Assembly (NCBI GenBank): GCA_050230475.1
Contig: JBFLGF010000001.1
Span: forward strand, 62,001-126,000
DNA from: Ancylonema sp.
Lineage: Eukaryota
DNA: 64,000 bases
Direction of reading: 5' to 3'
Positions 27,947 through 39,789 of the stretch are shown here, in pieces. Numbering within the stretch: the stretch's first letter is position 1; each line of letters starts with the position of its first letter. The notes beneath the pieces were generated by a model that had not been told where the DNA came from, did no database searches, and worked only from the letters and a program-made list of their open reading frames with translations. Position numbers and translations under genes: made by a program.

Positions 27947-28246
27947 CACTGCTCCCTCGGTATAACGACCCTCTTTATAACGACAACCTCGATATTACGA
28001 CATTTTTAAAACTTTTTAAAAATCAATATGAAATCGCCCTCGAAGTAAGCATAACGACACTGTACATAATGACAAAATATTTCAGAAAGTTGTTACTAAA
28101 TGTCCATATACTCTGTAAATAACGCTATTGCTCGCAGATAACAATGTATGGAAATTGAGAAAAATATAGAAACCTTATGAACGACACCTCAAATTCTCTA
28201 CAACGTGTTCGAGTTGTTCCATATGTCATATCAAGAGAACGTCGCC
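27947..28246. mobile_element. Left end of a pogo-like DNA element, truncated by the Gypsy cluster
   Basis: ta|cactgctccctcggtataacgac followed by repeated ataacgac; no matching right end in the window. Confidence 0.45.
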
Positions 28247-30851
28247 TGACGTGCCAGATGAGATCGGTGTCATGACGCTAGAGATCGCTAAGGCGAAACC
28301 CCTCTAGATTGTTCAGAAACCCCTCTAGATTAATACTCTGCTATAACGAGAGTATTCGAGATAACGATTTTCTAGAACTAGTACTTTACAAGAAAAATAG
28401 TGAAGTACGAAATTTATACGACTCGAAAATAACGCGTGGCGTATTTTCCGAAGTCTAGAATCCAGTAGTCTTCAACAAATAGCTGCGTGTCGATTTTGTT
28501 AAAATCACAAGTCACTTTCGACTTGTCGATAATCCCGGCGATAAATCCAGCCGTAGAACTAGGTAATATCTCGCGCCGTTTCATTATAGCGCCGAGATTA
28601 ATTGTAATGTTCTAGAAGCCACCCTGTCGTTACTTCGATAGCTTAACTCTAGTTAACTATGCCGGTTAGCACCGCGCAACAACTTTTTGAGATAAAAGTC
28701 AATTTTGTACTTTCAGATATGCCCGCTTCCGCTGTCAGATTGCGTTGTTAAGAAATCCCTTCCAACAAATCTTATGTGTTATCGGAGTTCCTTGCAATTA
28801 TGTGAATATTGCATCCCTTCGCTTACGCGACTTCGCAACGTGCTCGTCGTCCGTCTCAGCCTGATATCCGTCAGCTTGACAGTAAGTTTGCAAATCATTC
28901 TTTGCAATCTGTGTGTGTGTAATCTGATTCATCTGAATCTATCGCTGACGCTCTTTTTGAGCCAGCCTTGCAATCGATTGTATTTTCTTACATCGATTCG
29001 CTGACTTTCTCTCTGAGCTAGCAAGCGTGCGTGTGTGTGTAAAACATTTGTCGATTTGCGTGTGTTCGCTCCGAACCGGAAATTTCATTTGTGTGTGTGT
29101 GTTTGCTGTCGCTCGCTCCGAGCCAGCATTTGTTGTTTACACCTGTCTGCTGACGCTCTTGCTGAGCCATCATCTTTTATGGACGCGCCGTCGATACTTT
29201 GCTTTCGCACCGAAAGTAACTCTTACGGCTGTTAACCTTGATAGTCTGCAACCAGACTATCTTGTTTGCTTTATAGTATTTTCACAACTTTTGTACTATA
29301 AACCATCTGTTAGCTCGCCCTCAACGTAGTGAATTTCACCCTAAAGTAGTTAGCTCGCCCTCAAGTAGTGAATTTCACCAGACCGCTGAGACGTGTGATA
29401 GATATAATATTGATATCTTAGCAGAGACTCAATCTGCAATATTACTTAGTGAGAGCAGCCGGACGACCAAGTCCACCTGAGACCTTTCGATCACCTACGA
29501 ACATCATCGATACCAACCCAGTCGACATCATCGCTACACCACCACGAGCATTACCACATGCATCATTCTGAGAAATATTAGAGAATATTGGTGACATAGT
29601 ATTAAGAATATCATTCCGGGCGGCCGACTCCAAACATCACGTCATCGGTAGGGTAAATGGGTCATCGATGATGGAATCAGTCGATGGAGGGGTAATCGCA
29701 CTCAAACTATCGACAGAAAGGGGTCTTGTCGATGTAGTGGAAGTGCATATAGGACCCTGGAATATCGTAACTCAGAGTACGGTGCTCCCTTGAATCGCGG
29801 TAGTGATTGTAAACAACCACAAAACGAGGCAATTTTCGAGCTTTATTCGCTGTACTACTCACTGCTAGCAAGCTATCACACGGTGCTCTTACTTGACGAC
29901 TTAAAAGTAACGAGAGCGACACAAGATTACAGCAATAGATGCGTTGAGTCTTGATCAACAGGCAATCGATTATGATACAATTTTTCAAAACTTGTCAATA
30001 GCAGCGCAAGAGGTGTGCGAATGGATTGCACGGATGAGCGAACGCTCGGTAATTCAAACGGGTGATTTCTGATTGCGCAGCAGGTCAGACAATCGATAAC
30101 TTCGGTAACGAGAGTAATTCACAAATTGCAAAGCGAGAGCTTGATGCAAAGCAATCACAAATGAGCGAACGCTCGATACACACGATGTTTCGAAAGCAAA
30201 AGATCACGGATTGCGCAAGGCAAAGAATTCAAAGTGTCGAGGAAAACAATGGTGTGCAAGGAAAATCTCTTCAGCGTCAAATTCAGCGAAAGCTGAGATT
30301 TGAAAGTTGTACAGGAGTCCTTATTGTCAAACTCGAATATTCTACTCGCGCGCTCGCTGGGATATGCGTGGCAAGGAATATCTAAATCAACTCGGCGCGC
30401 ACGCTATAATTGGTTGCAGACATCTCTAATTGATTCTGAGCTGTTGATCTAAAGAGCTACGGTCACGATTGATATTAATGACAGTCTGACACGTAGTCTA
30501 ATCAATTCAAATACAAAGGGGAGCTAGTCAAAGGTTGACTACTCGAAACTTAATAAAAGGGCGCCGGTCACCATCTCGGAATGAAATGAGCGGGGGCGGA
30601 GTCGTGACAAGGCGGAAAAACATAACGGTGCGGCTATTTTAATATTCTGATTCAAACAGAGGGGTTTCTAGGTGACGATTCATATAGGCATGAAGGGTGA
30701 CGTGCCACATGAGATCGGTAGGGTAAATGGGTCATCGATGATGGAATCAGTCGATAAAGGGGTAATCGCACTCAAAGTATCGACATAAAGGGGTCTCGTC
30801 GATGTAGTGGAAGTGCAGATAGGAGGCTGGAATATCGTAACTCCCCCCCCC
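28247..30851 (-). mobile_element. 3' terminus of Gypsy family-1 element X: PPT-A-B-A
   Basis: G9 tract 30851-30843; A 30842-30698; B 30694-29773; second A 29772-29649 continuing at 28267-28247 across a solo-LTR insertion. Confidence 0.8.
28268..29644 (+). mobile_element. Solo LTR (family 3) with TG..CA ends and 4-bp TSD
   Basis: tcgg|TGTCATGAC...CACGTCA|tcgg; removing it restores the A repeat (gagatcggtagggtaaatgg); start resembles family-2 B (tgtcacgacgtctgagatcg). Confidence 0.82.
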
Positions 30852-31019
30852 TAGAGTGAAGAGCTATGCGTTCACATATGGGTAATCAACAAAATTTATT
30901 AGGATCATAGTCACAGATTGTAGCATGTAAGGATGTAGCACAAGGGTTGCTCTCAGAAGCTAAAAAATGACAAGTTGTCGATAATGTGGAAGGTGCAGTC
31001 ATCACAACATCAGGGTCTG

Positions 31020-34000
31020 TATAAGCTTTTGAGTGATTAGACTTGCCGGCATATTTAGGTGGGCGACAAAACGAACCGTACGCAAAAGGATCTCTTTCAC
31101 AGATGATCAACGAGACAGGAGTTGCGTGTGTGGAACGAATTATTATTGTTGATTGCATCGGGGATGGTAATACCCGATGCGCTTTACAGTTTGTTGCGTG
31201 CCGACGGTCGGCACAATTGACCGTCGGCCTATCATTGACTGACAGCTCTTCTACATGTCAACGGCACATGCCGGACATTTCTGACACGACTAAACTAGCC
31301 AGTCACGACGCTTCGACCAAATAACGTCTCTAAGCGTCGGAAACATGTCAGGTGCCCGGGCACAAACTTGCCCGGCCCCGCATACAGGCACATCTAGAAT
31401 ATTGCTCCCGGTTTAGAGTACCGGTCACACTGGACTAGCACGCATAACATATGGCTATCCAAAATATATTCTAACACACCCCCTCGGATGCCATGCTCAA
31501 GTTGGCATAGATGCAGACATCAAAAGGAGTACCCAAGTCATTGCCAAAACATGGCAGAACCATCGCATCACATATAAAACAGTTTTGGTCTTCCCTAGCA
31601 TACAAGTGTGCTAGGGGATTCTATCGATAAATGCTGCCGTTCGGAAGACGATCGGAAGACGATCGGAAGCCGATCGGAACTCCAGAAGACGATCGCTCCA
31701 GATCCTTAGTCGTTTTTCGGGCCGAAGCCCTGCACATACAAACAAATGCCACAAGTTAGGCGAAAAACAAAAAAACTTATGAAAATATTTTTGATTTCTT
31801 TTAACTTTTTCAACTTCACGATTCTGAAACTTCACACTTTCCAGTCACAAAAATCTTCAAAACAACATAACTTCAAAATTACAAGTCCTATCAGCACCAA
31901 CTTTTGACACAAGTTTTGCAACAATGATTAGGACATACATACGAAAAATTAAGAACAAACTGACAAGTTTAAAGTTGAGCAGATTCACACTTTCTGATTT
32001 AAGTGTACTTAAGCGTTTTCAAGTGTCTTTTCGAGGTATTTGGGTGAAAATGTGACTTAGCTGGATGAGGCTGAAGTTGGTGTACCCTTCCCCATTACTT
32101 CTCTGCCTGAAAAGAAACATAACAACACACCCCCTGCCAACATGCATGGCATGAAACCTTCGATCATAAATAAAATAAACGACTGACACCCCTTCATAAC
32201 CGTCCAAAACCTAGACTTTTGCTGTGTCTGTCGTAAAACTTGGGGTAGAGCTTTAGTTAGCATATCTGCTGGTTTGCGCCTGCAAGATACACATATTTTA
32301 TCCCCGTGCTGGGCATTCCCGTACCCGTGATATACCACATTAAAATGTTTTGCGGTCTTTGCACAGGATTCTGGATCATGGAGAGAGCTGAGGTTGAATC
32401 AGTGTGGATTGTGATTTGTGTGGGAATTTGAGTTCTTTCAAGAGAGACTTAGATAACAGCATTCTTTAGACACACTACAGGCAGCATATACTCGCCTCAG
32501 CAGTGCTCTGTGCAACAGTTGACTGTTTCTGTCTTCCAACTCAGTGCTGTCCCCCCAACCGTGGTTACCCATCCAGTGACTGACTTCCCTGTCATGCTAC
32601 AACTGTTCCATGATGCATCGCAGTAACCCTTTACTTCAAATGTGTCTTTTCCCACAAACGTCAGTCCGTGGTTGACAGTCCCTTTAAGGTATCTGAATAG
32701 TTGATGTAGAGCCCTTATGTGTGCCACCCCAGGATTTCCCATGTGTTTTGCCAGTACCCCAAGTGCATACCCGATGTCCAGTCTGGTTTGTTTCATGGCA
32801 TATATGAGTGATCCCACTTTCCCACGAAAGTCTGTTATTTCTTCAGGGGTAGGGGGAAGAGTTGGTTCATCATTCTGTTTGAATTGAGTTCCAGGGGCGA
32901 GTGGGAGTTTGGTTGGATTACATTCATGCATCCCATAGCGCTCAAGCACTCCCCTTAAGAATCCTGACTGTCCCAGTGTGAGCAGTATTCTCTGTCTATC
33001 CCTCTTCACTTCCACCCCCAGGATATGGGTTAGGGGACCCAGATCCTTGACTTTGAACTTTTTACCCATATCTTCTTTAAAAGTTTTGACGACCATTGCG
33101 TTAGGACCTGTGATCACCTGATCATCTACATCATGTATGCCCAGTATGTCTGATGTTTGCTTCCCCCCTCATATATATACATGTGTCCATTACCGCATTG
33201 TTTAAACCCTTCAGATATCATAAATTTCCTGGAACATTTCCTGCCACACGTGGCTACTTCTGCTTTAGACCGTATAAAGCCCCCTTAAGTCGTAAGACCT
33301 TTCCCTCAGGCACCCCCATTGATATACATACGTGGTGGTATTTTCATGTAAACTTCTTCCTCCAGACGTCCATGAGGAACGCTGTGATTACGTCCATCTG
33401 TTCCAGTTCCCAGTCATATTGGTTTGCTATAGAGAGGAGTAGGGTGATATAGATGTACTGTCTCGATTACTGGTGCGCAAATACTTCATTATAGTCAATA
33501 TACCCTCTTGCTGTAAGAACCCCTGTGCGACCAGTCTGACTTTATATCTTTCAATATCCCCCTGTGGTGTTGTTTTGACACCTTAAACACACATATGCAC
33601 CCCACAGCCTATTTACCTGGAGGAAGCACACACACCTCAAAGGTGTTGAACGTCTCCAGGGCTGCTAACTCCTCCACAATGGCCCAGTCCCAGTCTCAGT
33701 CTGGCCTCATCATCGCATGGTTGAGTGTGAGTGGCTCGGAGGAGTTGCTGTTAGATGCTACGCACGCGTAGCCCGGATCCACAGGACCGTTGAAGCCAGT
33801 GTAGAAACTGCTGGGCTCCCACTCAGTCGCTGTATAATTGGCGTGAGCTGCGTCATCGAACTCCTCCCCCCCATCACATCACAAAATGTCCCCATACTCC
33901 GCAAAGTTGGCTCGCCTTCTAGCCATCACCCGATCAGCTACACTGCCAGGCTCCCCCACAACATCTGGGTTCGCACCCCCTCCTTGCACCTCCTCCTCCC

Positions 34001-37000
34001 CTGCATCTCCACCTCCTGCGTTGTTGATCCCTGATTGGCTGTCAGACAGCACAATCGTGGCGTTAGGGACCTCAGCAGCTTGTGGCTGGAAGTTGTCGTG
34101 CGGATAGTCGTTGGCAGCTGCTGGCTCAGGGACTGCTGGTTCTGCTGGTGCTGGGAGCTGGCATCGGCTGCAGAACTGCTGGCATGATCGGGTGGGGTGG
34201 ACTGCTGCTGCTGGCATGTTGGGGTCCAGACTGCTGCTGCTGGCATGTTGGGGTGGACTGCTGCTGCTGGCACAACTGCTGCAGCTGGTTCATCTTCAGG
34301 GTCGGGGAAAAGGTATAAAAAGTGTTTATCTGCTGCCTCCTGAATCTGGGGAGCTCTCCCCCCCATCAGCATCGGGTACCCCGGCACCTCCTCAAAGAAC
34401 CTCACGTCCATGAGTGATATCACCCCAGCTCTATGGGGATCGAAAACATTGTAGCCTGCACTCAGCCATCCCCAGAAACACACCAAAGCAAGTACGAGGG
34501 GCAAACTTGTCCCCTTGACTGTTCTTTTCCCCCCCAACCTTCAGATATTGGACCAGACACCCGAAATTATGACTTTTATTAACTGTCATGTTCTTTCCCT
34601 CCCAGACCTCAATTGGAATTTTCCCAGAAAGCGACTTAGTGGGTGTTCTATTCCTCAACCAGTTTGCATGTAACAATGCCACGTCCCAATAAGACTTCGG
34701 TAGACCTGACCAGATTAAGATGCATCGCATTTTTTCTGTCAATGTTCGGTTCAGTCTCTTTCACAGATTCCGTTTTGTTCAGGTATATGCTTCTGTGGTT
34801 TGTTTATCAATACCCTTCCCCCCCCAGTAGTTTATCCAGTCCTGAGACACATACTCCCCTCCCTTATCTGTCCGAATAGACTGTAGGGGCAGACCTGACT
34901 GGACCTCGAGCAATTGTATAGTGACTCTTGCTCGGTTCAGTGCTTCATCCATTGTTTTTAACAAACTCACAAATGACAGACGTGTGGATACCTCTATCCC
35001 TGTCTGAGCATATGTATACCCTCCGTTAGCTGACCTTACAGACAGTGGCCCAATGAGATCGAGGTGAATGCGATCCATCTTGGGGCATGTCCCCAGATCT
35101 GCACTGACTTAGCATGACTGAGCTGAGTCATCTTCCCCTGACAGCAAACCTGACATCCCTTTACTTCAGTTAATTCCCCCTGACTTAACTCTGGGATGTC
35201 CCCACGTCTGGCGAAATCTGACATCACATCAGAACTGGGGTGACCCAATTTGTGATGCCAGACCATGCCTGTGGACAAATTCGCTGTTGTATCATGAGAT
35301 CCAGGCATAACGATTGTGGGCAGCAAGCAAAGTCAGACCACTAGGCTGCTGGCAACACATCAGCCCATTTCACATTTCCCTTGTTTAATTCAGGACCCGT
35401 GGGCAGCTGTAGAAAGCTCAGCCCACCTCTTCTGACGAGGCACGATGTCGACACGAGGGTGCAGGCAAGGTTGGGACGTGGATCGAGCTGAGTGGCTGCA
35501 CAAAGAAAGCGTCGCCATTCCTCACTCGGATGTGCACGAAACCAGTGCCCTCCACCTTGCTTGTGTGACGAGCCGTCAGCAGTGGTGATGTATGATGAAG
35601 GCCTGCTGCGTGCTCAGGGTAGTACTCCACAAAGTGTTCACGAGCCGTGAAAATGTGGTCGGTAGCACCTGAATCCAGGATCAGGGAGTCTGAGTGAGGA
35701 CCAGCAGACATTGCCCGGGCAACATCGAACGAGAAAGCACCGAATGCTAAATAATCCACTAGCGTTGAAGGGTTTGTCAACAAAGCGAGCAAGTCTAGCT
35801 TGTGCATCAGCCCTCCTAGCAGCCTGGGTTCATTAGAGCCATGTCAGATGTTCTTTTTCTGCAATGTTCAATTGTGTGACCGACAATGTTGCAATATCTG
35901 CACTTTTGCCTCCCCCCTGAACTTCCCTGAGTAGCGTGCGCGACATTTCCAGCTGCTGGTGATGACGCAGGGCAGTGAGCAGCTCGGTGGCCTGCGTGGT
36001 GGAACCTGTGACATTTCCATGGCCCCGCATGACCTCCGCCAGATGCTGGTGAAGGGCAGTTCGCTCTGATGTGCCCGAATTTGTGGCAGCCGAAGCATTC
36101 GACGCCTGCAGCGTCTCTGCGACCAGCTCCAGTCGCACCACCAGATCTGCTGCTACCTCCAGCTCCATTCCCCCCCCCAGGTCCCACCATAATGCGCCTG
36201 GTGTCCTCCGGGCAGCCCGGGCAGCGCCCCCCTTTTTCGATCGTTCAGCTCTTTCCGCACGTCGGCGAAGCAGCGCACTCACGATGTGTGGAATCGTGAA
36301 GAGGTGTGGCGACGACTCGGACCATGGCATCAGCGTTGAAACCATCGGACTGTCATGCGTGTTTAACGAATTCAGCAGGTTGATCGATTGCTTCGTTGGA
36401 GATACTGGCGCCCCCCGATTCTTAAGGTCCTGATGCAGCTGCTGCAGACGCTTCACGTACACGTTGAGGTCCTCTGCCTCCGTCTGAATCTCAGCAATGC
36501 CTCCGTATTTGCGATCTCCATCGCACCCTGCACCTGGTAGAATGTCCGCAGAGCATCCCACATGCCGGCGGCTGTCGTGCAGTCAGTGACGTGCGTCAGC
36601 TCCGATGGCCCCAGGTGCTTCACAATATAAGACATAAGCCAGATTGTCCTCGTCCCATTTTTCCAGCTCCAGCAGCTGCTGGGAAATCTGCTGTTGTCGC
36701 ACCAACACTTCGACATCCACGTCGATCCCCCTGGCGGCAAATTGCAGCTCGTTATCAGGTGTCAATGGAAGGATTACACGTCTGGGCGACACTTTCGCGG
36801 CAAACTTTCCCAATCCATCACCAAACGGTGCAGTTTCTTATCCGCCAGCCCATACTTGACCTTGAAGGCCCATCCTGTATAATCAGCTCCAGTAAATTGA
36901 GGGATTTGCGACCTATCCGACATTATGGCAGCTATTGTGTAGGACTTTACAAAAATTCTCGCTCAGCTCGAGTTCTCAGTGCAATTCCTGCACTGCAGCA

Positions 37001-37629
37001 CTCAGCTCAAAAACTTGCAGCGCAATATCAGAATTACGTGCAGACCTTAACAACCTCGAATATATTTGCGCTCACTGGCTGAATATACCGTTCACAGAGA
37101 TTACCGCAGCGAAATCGCGTGGAGCCTTTAGTTTTTAACCTAAACGGCGTCTGAACTAGACCGCACGTGGGCCCTTAACCTATAAGCTTTTGAGTGATTA
37201 GACTTGCCGGAATATTTAGGTGGGCGACAAAACGAACCGTACGCAAAAGGATCTCTTTCACTGATGATCAACGAGACAGGAGTTGCGTGTGTGGAACGAA
37301 TTATTATTGTGATTGCATCGGGGATGGTACTACCCGATGTGCTTTACAGATTGTTGCTTGCCGACGGTCGGCACAATTGACCGTCGGCCTATCATTGACT
37401 GACAGCTCTTCTACATGTCAACGGCACATGCCGGACATTTCTGACACGCTAAAAGCCAGTCACGACGCTTCGACCAAATAAGTCTCTAAGCGTCGGAAAC
37501 ATGTAGGTGCCCGGGCACAAACTTGCCCGGCCCCGCATACAGGCACATTAGAATATTGCTCCCGGTTAGAGTAACCGGTCACAACTGGACTAGCACGCAT
37601 AACATATGGCTATCCAAAATATTCTAACA
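31020..37629 (-). mobile_element. Ty1/Copia LTR retrotransposon copy B (frameshifted), inserted in element X
   Basis: LTRs 37629-37181 and 31476-31020, PBS 37180-37168, PPT 31485-31477, 5-bp TSD gtctg/gtatg; same domains as copy A. Confidence 0.95.
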
Positions 37630-37634
37630 GTATG

Positions 37635-39377
37635 CACACATTGTAGCAGATGTAAATGGAATTGAAAATATTTTGGATTCAGCTTCCGATGTCAAAGGTA
37701 ACTTGTGTTTTGCAAAACCATGAATGCCATCAATAAACAAGTATTGTCATCGCATGTTGTCTTAACAGGTTCTGAAACAGGTTCTTCTTTGACGGTATTT
37801 TCATTTTTGGGAATGTTGGTAACTTGTGGTGGACATAAATGTATCACAGTTTCATCCTGGTAATGTATCATTTGCACAATGTGTTGGGGATTGGGATCTT
37901 TCAAGTCTATTAGGAGACTGTAGGGTAAGTCTCGTAATGTCTTGTTATTCTGGTTGTCTGGGATGGTCGCTGCTGTTGCGGATGAAGAAGTTGTAGAGTT
38001 GGAACCAGGCGAAGTTGCATTGGTGTCTTCATCCATGTAATCCATATGTATTGTGAATGAGAAGGGGTAATCGTTCTCAGAACTGGTGTCGGATTTTTTA
38101 GACTCGGAGTGTGAAAGAGAATTGTTAAATGTGGAACTGATTGGTTCCGGCTGGGGACTTGTTGGTGTTGTAGGGACGCTCCCCCCCAGATTCTGAGATT
38201 GTCGATGAAATGCACCAAGTAGACCGCCATACCAAACACAAATTTTATTGTCCATCATTCTTCCAAAGAGTTGGCAGTTTCGTTTGTTCAAGTAATTGGT
38301 GTCCGGGTGTGGAGGTATGGATATATCATCTAAGTTGTAATGTACAAATCTTGCACGCTCGCCAGGTGTTGGTGACACCCAGTGGTTGTTGGTGTTGTCT
38401 TTCGGCATCCCTTCTCCGTACGCGTACTGACGTAGATGTAGTCGCCATGTTAAGACATAGTCGGGGTTGTCTTGGTAAGGTGTAATCGGTGGCATGAATT
38501 GTCTTTCGTCGTAATAGTTGCTCTCATACCTATGTGTATTGGCCTTTTTGTCTTGTTCTCGATGCCCAGGATTGAGTAATCGTTCGATCTGTCGTTCCAT
38601 CTGTCGTTGGGAACAGTTGCTCTGAGTTGTCCATTGGGGAATGTATTTTGCTAGATATGTGTTTGTCGGTAAGAGTGGGAACCAAGTTGTAAAGCGTTGA
38701 CTGTAATCATCTTTCCAAGAAATTGTAATGCAACTTGTACAAGTTCCTTAGACCACAGGGGGTAATCAGCTGGTCTGGTATGGTTGTAGAACATGTATGT
38801 CGGTATAAATGGATGCATCTTCTGAAGTTTTTGGACGAGTATCACTAGTGTAAACAGGGCTGCCACTCGAGGATCTTTGATTGTGGCAACGGGTGTCTCA
38901 TTACGGATCACCTCGGTATGCAAATTGCCGCAGATGAAGTCGATTGGTCCATGAGTCTATCATGTTTGAGAGATCGGTACTCGTTGTATTCACCAATGAG
39001 TTTGGTAATCTTGTATCGAAGCCATTTAACGCAGAGTTGGGTAATTGTCTTGGGAAGAGTGTTTGAATGTCTTTCACTTGGAGACGTTGTGACATACGTG
39101 CCTCCGGGTCTTCTTCTTGAGTGGTAAGGGTAGAGATACGGAATCCGCCTTTGAGTAGCATGATGAGTCCAGAAAGGTCGAGACCTGCAAATGGTAACCG
39201 TACATGAAGGCCATATTGTGGGTCGATGAGTCGAACTAATATGGTAATGCATTTATATTCGTCATACAAAATGCCAGGCCAAAAGGGTTGCCATGGGGAT
39301 TCTATTTTTGCGGTAAGCAACATCTTCTTCAGAAGTCGTTCACTTTCTTGACTAAGCATAAGGTTGTCAAACGTCAT
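37635..39377 (-). pseudogene. Disrupted 3' accessory ORF of element X (methyltransferase-like N-terminal part, S/T/P-rich tail); continues at 31019-30886
   Basis: Consecutive - strand ORFs 39377-38901, 38923-38651, 38600-37692; removing Copia B joins ..TSATMCA|DPDVVMTAPS.. in frame up to a stop just before the PPT. Confidence 0.6.
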
Positions 39378-39384
39378 TTGTTTC

Positions 39385-39690
39385 GCGTGGTAGTCATGTT
39401 TGCGTGCAATATGTGGAGATGCAACATCAAAATATTTTTGTAGAACGGTATCAACGGAATCAAGCCAGGGAGCGTCGAAAGCTGCAACATTTGCAAACTG
39501 GGAAAGTTACCTCGACAATCCTTTGCAAAGGTCACCCGAGATCCTGGTATCTGCCACCCCCTTGATATGATCTTCGTCGACTTGGCCGGACCGAACAAAC
39601 GTGCCACATTAGGGGGTGCGTACTATGATATGGTGATCATCGACGCATACACTCGACGAACGTGGGTCTTACTTATGATATTGCACAAAC
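39385..39690 (+). pseudogene. Copia-type integrase fragment (not in ORF track)
   Basis: Manual translation: SCNICKLGKLPRQSFAK..PLDMIFVDLAGPNKRATLGGAYYDMVIIDAYTRRTWV. Confidence 0.8.
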
Positions 39691-39789
39691 CCCCCCCCCA
39701 CATACTATACCTTCACCTGGTTTTTCTCTTCTGACACACCCCCCCCCAGATCATACCCTCCGAAGGCATCACCGAGGGTAGGGTCTGTG

